This document shows positions 50,082-57,318 of a stretch of 64,000 nucleotides of DNA, in pieces. The number at the start of each line of letters is the position of its first letter. Positions within the stretch are counted from its first letter, which is position 1. The translations under genes and the position numbers were made by a program. This DNA comes from Schmidtea nova (Eukaryota): positions 368,652,001 to 368,716,000 of the forward strand of contig CM097882.1 of assembly GCA_044892505.1 (NCBI GenBank). The letters are read 5' to 3'. Below the pieces are notes generated by a model. That model saw only the letters and a program-made list of their open reading frames with translations, made no database searches and was not told the DNA's origin.

Positions 50082-50349
50082 TGCTGGGATTATGGGAGGG
50101 TTTCAAGTAATTCAAATAAATTATTAATCATTAATTGAACGACTATTGATGAGTACGTATACTAGGGATTCCACGCCCATAACCATACATAACATGACTA
50201 CTACACGCGTATGCCCTTGACTATTCCCTACTAGTCAAGTTGGTACTGCATACGGTGGTGGAAAAATGATGGGCAGGTGAGCTTTGTTGCCAAAACTACT
50301 CCCCATTTATCTTCCCTCGGGTCCTTGCTGCCGATAGAAGGTCTTACGC
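50082..50349 (+). ncRNA. Conserved structured motif, copy 3
   Basis: Perfect stems CGTATGC/GCATACG (50208-50214 / 50248-50254) and CTTGACTA/TAGTCAAG (50216-50223 / 50232-50239). Loop TTCCCTAC. Confidence 0.55.
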
Positions 50350-50620
50350 ATTTTCATTCTATGGATGTTCGCCCTACTGAATTTTTTTATCACACGCCTT
50401 TCCCAATGACTTTCCTTAATTTATCTACAATGTAATTAATCAGTCCCTGCGTATAAATGGTCGGTTTGAGAAAATTTCGGGTGCGATTTTTTTATTTCGA
50501 TGATTTCATTGTTGTTATTTTATTTTATTTAGTAACATCCCCCGATGAGAGACAAAATTTACACAGAAATACTTTTATTAAAATACTAAAAACAGGATTG
50601 TTATTTTACATGGATGTTTC

Positions 50621-51205
50621 CTAAGCGAATTCCAGACTAATCTCCTGAATCAATTCCGCTTCGGTTAAGGAGTTCAAGTGGTGGATTTGTTCGTCCAGAC
50701 GCTTCGCAAATTCTCGGCGACGACGACGCTGTCGCGATCCCATTCGATGTTTTCGAAGCTGTTGGGTTATGACCGGTGCTGACGCTATTGTTCTCGGGGG
50801 ATCACTGAGAAAAATAGGCAAATCTTCCGTTGTAAGAGAGGGGGCCAGGATGATTCCCTCTTCCGTCCCGCAAGCGACATCTTGGTGAGTGCATTGTATC
50901 CAGCGCTGAGCCGTGATCGGCCGGATTAGCGCTCGCAATTCGGAGTCGATGTAACTTCTTGTTACTGCATTTAGGCAATTTCGGAGTTCTCGCTGGACGG
51001 CATCTAGTTCCAATTTGGTTGCAGCCAGTGCTTCCTGCATTCGCTCAAGTTTTTTCGACTGGTCCTTCATTTGTTCGGGCGAGAACCACTTCGCTCTCAA
51101 TTCATCATTGGCGACCGTGAGTCGCTTGATCTGTCGCTGCTGGTCCCTCAACTTCCTCTCTTGGATTTGTCCCATGATTTTCTTGGAATTTTCTGAAGTC
51201 GGCAT
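50621..51205 (-). CDS. 194-aa ORF inside the LTR: coiled coil, Arg-rich motif, Leu-rich tail
   Basis: Intact ORF with elevated GC. RMGSRQRRRRREF. TTCAG 5 nt before the ATG. Confidence 0.6.
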   Translation of the reverse strand: MPTSENSKKIMGQIQERKLRDQQRQIKRLTVANDELRAKWFSPEQMKDQSKKLERMQEALAATKLELDAVQRELRNCLNAVTRSYIDSELRALIRPITAQRWIQCTHQDVACGTEEGIILAPSLTTEDLPIFLSDPPRTIASAPVITQQLRKHRMGSRQRRRRREFAKRLDEQIHHLNSLTEAELIQEISLEFA

Positions 51206-51523
51206 GTTATCTGAATATTATAACGATAAATTCGCTGGAGGACCTATCAACAATTCTATTTTATTTAGTCTACTATTTACTATTGTTAAACGAGATGCAT
51301 ATTAATGTTTTTAATTATTGAGTTCTCTACAAAATTATTTAACTATCTAATCATTGAAGACTCAAAAGATTTATTGAACTAATTTTATATTAATAAATGA
51401 ATTTCCTAATGACTATAACAACTACAATACTAAATCTACATGACAACACTATTAACAAAATGAGACACTTCCGAATTTTTAAAACATTTATTAAATTCAA
51501 AAAACAGGCGGCCATTGATTCCG

Positions 51524-51991
51524 CTATTCATCTTCGGTCATTTTTCCTCGATATGAAAATATCGATCTGATTTGCAAATTTGTGTTGATATTGGACGAGG
51601 CCTGCTGAAAACGGATCCTCTCAGCTTCCCGAAGGGGTCGTATTGCTGTATTGAACTTGAACCCCAATTCCTTGAAGGTAGAGGCTGGAATGAACCCCCA
51701 ATATATCACACATTTCGGGAATCCTCCCTTATCCAACATCAGGACGAACCAGGCGGCGTGCCATGATTCGAATTCCTCGTCTGGAATGATTGGCCAACTA
51801 GCGCATCCCCGGTACCATACGTGATGCCGTGGATGGTCCCATACTGTAAAGGGACAGGCGGTTTCAAGCTCTCGGCGCCATGCCCACATTTTTTGATGGA
51901 TTTGCTGTAAAATCTCGAAAGGAGCCGGCTTTAATGGGCTAACTCGGGCTCGTTCTTGTCGTTTTTTGATAGTGTATCTATGCTTAGTCAT
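51524..51991 (-). CDS. 155-aa Trp/aromatic-rich ORF inside the LTR, function unknown
   Basis: Intact ORF with elevated GC in an AT-rich context. TTCAG 15 nt before the ATG. Confidence 0.55.
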   Translation of the reverse strand: MTKHRYTIKKRQERARVSPLKPAPFEILQQIHQKMWAWRRELETACPFTVWDHPRHHVWYRGCASWPIIPDEEFESWHAAWFVLMLDKGGFPKCVIYWGFIPASTFKELGFKFNTAIRPLREAERIRFQQASSNINTNLQIRSIFSYRGKMTEDE

Positions 51992-52250
51992 GATTCCAAA
52001 ACGATGCTGAATTTTATAATAGTTACAATTTACATCAATAATTAATTATAGTAAATGTTATCTCTCATCGTGATACCCTTATTATTTGCCTTCCCCTTAG
52101 ACCTTAGCTGAAATCACGAGAAACTGTCGTTCGCTATGGTATGCATTACTCTCGTATCTACTTAGCTTTATCTGTTTACGATCACTATTATAGTTGAAAA
52201 AAAAAAAAAAATGGTGATTTGTCTGCTTGGATTTTCAAAATATTGATACC

Positions 52251-52520
52251 TCAAAACGGAAGCTCTCTCACGTCATGTATCCCTAGCTTATTCGAAAAAC
52301 GCTCCTTTGTATCAAATGCGGTCGACATAATTTTCCTAAGGTTTATTAGACGTTTATTAAACAGCTGCGCTGTGGTGAGGGTGAAAAATTGTGCCTCCTC
52401 CCGGTTAACAAATTCTTTCATATCTTTAAGCTTTATCAAAAAATTATCGTCCCCTCTGTAGCTAAAATGATCGGAAAATAATTCCCCGGATTTGTTGGGT
52501 GTCCCATGTGCAAGTCTCAA
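52251..52520 (-). CDS. Possible 89-aa ORF inside the LTR
   Basis: Open frame with plausible composition. No recognisable motif. Confidence 0.3.
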   Translation of the reverse strand: MRLAHGTPNKSGELFSDHFSYRGDDNFLIKLKDMKEFVNREEAQFFTLTTAQLFNKRLINLRKIMSTAFDTKERFSNKLGIHDVRELPF

Positions 52521-52894
52521 CCACTACTAATAAAATTAGGTTTTGCTATTTATTACTTTACCGTGTGTGGAGCCCTCGAGCACCACGCCACGGACGGACA
52601 CCTTGGGAACCTAAAGCTCCCAACGGCGCGAGATTAATATGATAGATTAAACAGTTTAAATACGACATAAATCAAAATGAGATGAATAATATATTATAAT
52701 ATGATAATGACATATGAATACAACATCAAATAATGTACCAAAAATACCTCAATTGAATTCTGAAAATTTATTGATCAAAATCGGTCTAAACGGTGATCGT
52801 CGTCGGGGCAATGTGCAATCTAATGCGAATTTTTAGTTAAAGTCTAAATTTCAGTCTAACAAAGTCTACTGAAGTCTCACTCTAGTCAAACGTC

Positions 52895-52962
52895 TCAGTC
52901 TGATTTTATGAAAAATCTGATCAGTATTTATACTGATCAGTCGTGTCTAGACCGACCAATCA
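52895..52962 (-). promoter_or_regulatory. LTR core promoter: inverted CCAAT, TATAAATA, Inr-like TCAGAC
   Basis: CCAAT at 52956-52960. TATA at 52925-52932 inside a perfect 10-bp inverted repeat. TCAGAC at 52898-52903, about 25-30 nt downstream. Confidence 0.65.
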
Positions 52963-53531
52963 GGTTCGGCCATTTTCAGGGTGGTTTTTAATTATTGTTC
53001 TTGATTCTAATTAATTTTTATTTTTTAGATTGTATTCTTCCTCGGAGGTCTGGGTTTCAAAAACAATTATTCAATAACAAGTACTTTTATTTTGTTTTAA
53101 TTACCATTATTTGTATTTATTTTGTTTTTTAGATGTCTCCTGGGCCAGTTAATATCTCGAAATTCCTCTATTTTTATTTATAGCTTGTACTTAGTTTGTC
53201 TATATTTTTATTATATTACTCCTTTCTTTTAATAAATAAATATTCCCCTTTTTATCTTATTTTTCTCTTTTTTGTTTTAATTAATCTACTTTTATTTCAC
53301 TGTTCTCTCTATTTGGCTGGCCCAACATCACTCGGGGACCCCTAAAATTGCGTCCCGCAATTAATTATACATTTACACCTATATCATCATACATAAAAAT
53401 TAAGCAGATAAATGTCAATTTACATATACACAAAGAATCACGTAAGGTGATAGATTTTATACGTAAGCACAAGGTCATATTATTGTTAAATGTAAGTGGA
53501 TCATACATAAAGTGAATGTAATATATCAGTT

Positions 53532-54104
53532 TTACACAAGCTCTTTGATTTCATGATTGGTATTGGATTGGATTGGGGTTCTTTCGCTGATTGTTCGTAG
53601 TTCGTAGTGGCTTTGGATTCGGTTTAGGTGTTTTCTCATTCGCTTTTGGGTTCTGATGTCTTGTATTGTTGTTCGATTCAGGATGACATGTTTTTGTTTT
53701 AAGATCTTCACTCGGTATGATGTTATGAGGATTGTGATCGCGATAATGGTCACGCTGAGTGCAAGGATTATTATAATTGCGATGATCCATTTTTCTTGAT
53801 ATTCTATCTCTGCTTGGGCTAAGCTTTTTATGGGTTCTCGACCTTCTTTTAGGGTTTTTCTGATTGTTTTCAATTTGATTCGATGTTCATATAGGACCTG
53901 TTGAAATTTTTCATCGTTTGGGTTGTCTGATGTTATCTGTTGAAGTTGGGTGATTTCTTGTGTTGCTTCGCTGATTAGTTTATCTAGTTCTTGATAGGTT
54001 TTCTCGGGTAGGGCTCGTAGCTCCTTCTCTGTGAGTTGAAGATCTTCTCTTTGTAGGGTGATTGTTATTAGGTATAGGAATATCGGTATTCTGAGCTTTT
54101 TCAT
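53532..54104 (-). CDS. Cargo ORF4: 190-aa predicted type-I membrane protein with a luminal coiled coil
   Basis: Hydrophobic N-terminus, heptad-rich middle, WIIAIIIILALSVTIIAITILITSY transmembrane segment and a basic tail. Confidence 0.75.
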   Translation of the reverse strand: MKKLRIPIFLYLITITLQREDLQLTEKELRALPEKTYQELDKLISEATQEITQLQQITSDNPNDEKFQQVLYEHRIKLKTIRKTLKEGREPIKSLAQAEIEYQEKWIIAIIIILALSVTIIAITILITSYRVKILKQKHVILNRTTIQDIRTQKRMRKHLNRIQSHYELRTISERTPIQSNTNHEIKELV

Positions 54105-54186
54105 ACTGTTTTCTTTACAGATAGGTCAATACAATTTGACACTACATTTCATACAATTATTTACAAAATTATATTTTCCGCTTTAT

Positions 54187-55248
54187 TTACACAATCGTCT
54201 CGTTTGGTTCGTAGAAACCTTCGTCCTGAGGCTCTACTTGGTTCGTGGGGAGTGGTATCCAAACAACCCTGCTCCTCCACATTTCGACTTCATCTCGATA
54301 CATGTGAGATATCTGGATCTCCTCGTCTAGCAAATATTCTAGGTAATTTGCTTGTTCTGTTAATGTTTCTATTTGTTCCTCTAATTCGATTACTTTTGTC
54401 TTTTGTTCGTCTTCTTTTATCATTTTTGTTACGGCTGCCGTTATACTTGCTTCTTTGGGTATTACTGATACTGTTACTCGTTTCTGTTTCAATTCTTCGT
54501 TTTCTTTCATCAAATTCGTTAAATTTTCCTCATAACTTTGCTTCGCTTCCTTTAACCTTTCTCTGGTTCTTTTTAGCTCTATTTTCCTCTGGGTAATCAC
54601 TCCTTGATAACCATTTATATCTCTCTTCATCTCTTCTTCTTTCTGATTCCATATTCCGGTGAGCATAGATTTCAGTTGTTCTTGATTAGCTAGTTCTTCT
54701 CCCATTCTTTGAACTTGATAGGTTAGTCCTTTAATTTTCTTTGCTTGTTCGCGGATAAATTGCTGTCTTTTTGTATTCCATCTTTTATTTAACACTTCCT
54801 GGTTGATTTTTTGCTCTAACTCGTCTTTTAGTTCATCGATCTCTTTATATAACTTCCAGTCATCACTATAAGCTGTCCTTTCTATTATTTCTCTAGCTTT
54901 TTCGTAAGATTCTTTCGCTTCTTTCTTCCAGTATCTTGCTTGTTCTGTAATCGAATACATCTTGTGTTCAGCTTCCATCTGCTGTCTGTCTCTTTCCTCT
55001 CGTCGCTCTTTCATCATTCTCTGGTAATATTCCTTTTGTTGTTGTAGCATTTTGTATACTTCTTCTATTTTTTCTCGACTTCTTTGACTTGATCTTTCCG
55101 CTTCTTTTAATAATTCGGCTTGTCTCTCTATCTCCTCTTGCTTTCCATAATATGCATTGACCCATATTTCAATCTGTTCTAGATGATCGCTAATCGCTTC
55201 TGCTTGATGCATCGTAATTTCCTGTAAGCATACCTCGATATTTCCCAT
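54187..55248 (-). CDS. Cargo ORF3: 353-aa long coiled-coil protein ending ETIV
   Basis: Intact E/K/R/Q-rich ORF. Confidence 0.8.
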   Translation of the reverse strand: MGNIEVCLQEITMHQAEAISDHLEQIEIWVNAYYGKQEEIERQAELLKEAERSSQRSREKIEEVYKMLQQQKEYYQRMMKERREERDRQQMEAEHKMYSITEQARYWKKEAKESYEKAREIIERTAYSDDWKLYKEIDELKDELEQKINQEVLNKRWNTKRQQFIREQAKKIKGLTYQVQRMGEELANQEQLKSMLTGIWNQKEEEMKRDINGYQGVITQRKIELKRTRERLKEAKQSYEENLTNLMKENEELKQKRVTVSVIPKEASITAAVTKMIKEDEQKTKVIELEEQIETLTEQANYLEYLLDEEIQISHMYRDEVEMWRSRVVWIPLPTNQVEPQDEGFYEPNETIV

Positions 55249-55362
55249 TGCTATAATTACAGAATGAAAATTTTAATCGGTTTATATATCAGTTATTTTT
55301 GTTTATATAATAATTTTTTGGGTATTTAACTGTACATATTATTTACATGATCACTTCTCTTG

Positions 55363-56745
55363 TTACGTCAACCATCCTTTTCTATCTGCTTTCTCATTCC
55401 TTTCCATTTCTATGTATAGGGTGTCTGCATATAATCGTTCCCATAGGCTTTCTTTCGTTATAAACATCGGTTCTCCCGCTGCTAATCCACATTCTGTGGT
55501 TGGTTTCTCGCTCGTACTCGCATGTTTCTCTGTCTCAAAGAATTTTTCTACTGGTTTTGTTACACTTCTGATTCTTACAATGACTCCTACTTTCAAGGGC
55601 CATTCTACTAGGTCGTCGTATTCTCCTTTACATAGCGAGAAAAATATTGACACATGTGTTCCTCGTCCTCTTCCGTCTCCATTTGGGTATAGCTTCAATC
55701 TCACTTTAGCTCCGTTTCTCCATAAATAAAATGGTGGGCTTATTACTGCTGTTTTCGTCATATTTCGGGCCTCTGTTAATTTGTTTCTAAAATCTGTCAC
55801 TTTCCACACATATGGTGCGATTGGTAGCTTTTCCTCGGTATCCTGGGTGAGTTTGTTGTACTGGATTTTCATTCCTTTAGCCAATTCTTCGATAGCTTTT
55901 ATCTTTTCCTCCATCTTTTCTCGTGTTAGTTCGAATTGCTCTCTGGTTTCCAACAGTAGGTTTACCATTATCTTGTGTGACTCTATTTCTCTTTCTAATT
56001 TTTTGATTGTTTGTTCGGTTTCTTTTGTTGTTTCGTTTGTCATTTCCGCATGCTTTAGCAATGCTTCCTCCAGATGTTGTTTCATGGTTTGTTGCGTTCT
56101 TTTCTCCATACATCCCTGTTTGTTATAAGGACATTCCCTTGGTTTCTCCGTGCACACTTTCCAATGTTCTTGTAATTTTACTTCTACCGTTATTTCGCAT
56201 TCGTTTGAACATATTCCTACATATTGTCTACATACTTTCTCCTCTTTTACATTCAGGTGTTCTTCTTCGATCTTTCTCCTCGTTTCTCGAGCTCCACAAT
56301 ATTCGCATAGACTTTCCTCTTCTTTACATTCATCTTTGTGCTGCTCTTTATTCTTTATAGTTATTTTTTGTTGGCATTTGTTACATTCAGTTCTCTTCTC
56401 TTCGCAGTTCTCCAGATGGTTCTCGAGATCGCGTATTTGTCCTTGCCATATACATGGTTGATTTATACATTCGGTTTTCGTGTTCATGATTTCTCTCTGA
56501 GTTGCTCTATCTGGTCCGGTTTCTTCGAATTTTATTTGTCCTTCTTTGCATTCTGGACATTCTGGTGGTCTTTTCATACTTAACTCGTGTATGCATTTGG
56601 TACATACTCTGCATCCGCATAGGGTTTGTCTTGGTTTCAATATTATGTTTTTACAATTTACACAAGTGAGTCTCTGACTCCATTTCCTGTTCTCGGCTCT
56701 CAAAATTTCGATTATCCGCTCTTCGGCTTTTCCTTCTGTATTCAT
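55363..56745 (-). CDS. Cargo ORF2: full-length TRAF-family protein (RING, TRAF zinc fingers, coiled coil, MATH)
   Basis: CVNC...CGCRVC..C...CPEC RING. Repeated C..C...H...C fingers. YVWKVTDF...SPPFY...KVRLKLYPNGDG.G.GTHVSIFF...GEYDDLVEWP MATH domain. Confidence 0.93.
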   Translation of the reverse strand: MNTEGKAEERIIEILRAENRKWSQRLTCVNCKNIILKPRQTLCGCRVCTKCIHELSMKRPPECPECKEGQIKFEETGPDRATQREIMNTKTECINQPCIWQGQIRDLENHLENCEEKRTECNKCQQKITIKNKEQHKDECKEEESLCEYCGARETRRKIEEEHLNVKEEKVCRQYVGICSNECEITVEVKLQEHWKVCTEKPRECPYNKQGCMEKRTQQTMKQHLEEALLKHAEMTNETTKETEQTIKKLEREIESHKIMVNLLLETREQFELTREKMEEKIKAIEELAKGMKIQYNKLTQDTEEKLPIAPYVWKVTDFRNKLTEARNMTKTAVISPPFYLWRNGAKVRLKLYPNGDGRGRGTHVSIFFSLCKGEYDDLVEWPLKVGVIVRIRSVTKPVEKFFETEKHASTSEKPTTECGLAAGEPMFITKESLWERLYADTLYIEMERNEKADRKGWLT

Positions 56746-56836
56746 TCTACAATGATATATACACTTGATTTGTTATCTATTTTTTGATTTTTCTTGTTTT
56801 TGTTTTTACATATTTACAATTTTTCGCTTTATTTAT

Positions 56837-57193
56837 CTACGGCTCGTTTGTTGAATCTGGTTCTGGGTCATTTTCTGATCTGTTTATTGCCCAATTTGTC
56901 CATCCATCCTCTGCTTCTTCTGTCTCTCCCATTGTTAAACGGTCTATCTCTATTGCTTGTCTCTGATTTATGTCGCTCATCACTTGATTCTCTCTGGTAA
57001 GTTGCGTTATCAATCTCTGTTGCTCCTCGATTCTGTGGAGTTGTTCAAAACTATTATTATAACTTTCGGATAACAAATTCTGTTTCTCAATTAACTGATT
57101 TTGTAGTGAGTTGATTGTTCGTATTAACATGTCACACTGGGCTTTCCATCGCATAGCCATAGTAGTTTCTGCTATTTCTTCCTGTTCGTTCAT
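56837..57193 (-). CDS. Cargo ORF1: 118-aa coiled-coil protein with an acidic tail
   Basis: Intact Q/E-rich heptad ORF, co-oriented with its neighbours. Confidence 0.7.
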   Translation of the reverse strand: MNEQEEIAETTMAMRWKAQCDMLIRTINSLQNQLIEKQNLLSESYNNSFEQLHRIEEQQRLITQLTRENQVMSDINQRQAIEIDRLTMGETEEAEDGWTNWAINRSENDPEPDSTNEP

Positions 57194-57318
57194 TTTCTAA
57201 ATTATATACATTAATCGTTTTCTCGATTTCTCTTTTTATATTTTTATAATATCGATACCCATACTATTACGGTAATGCATTGTTATTTACACTATTATTT
57301 ACAGTCATATCCCGCCTC

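Larger units (their letters stand above)
50008..53327 (-). repeat. Candidate 3' LTR (~3.3 kb) of the giant element
   Basis: TGTTGGG start after a weak PPT-like AGGGGTCCCCGAGTGA. ...CACA end. Both termini resemble those of the solo LTR 26820-30014. The 5' LTR is outside the window, so the boundaries are inferred. Confidence 0.55.

Noticed and set aside
50200-50260. HDV-like or twister ribozyme assignment for the structured motif
   Set aside because: The loop TTCCCTAC and the downstream GG are suggestive, but the stems are nested rather than in HDV order, and twister P2 and L1 elements could not be placed consistently in all copies.
49428-53327. 3.9-kb LTR defined by TGTTG...CAACA
   Set aside because: 49715-50007 belongs to family L and 49428-49480 matches another repeat near 10390. 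The terminus at 50008 matches the solo LTR end at 26820 better. This remains unproven without the 5' LTR.
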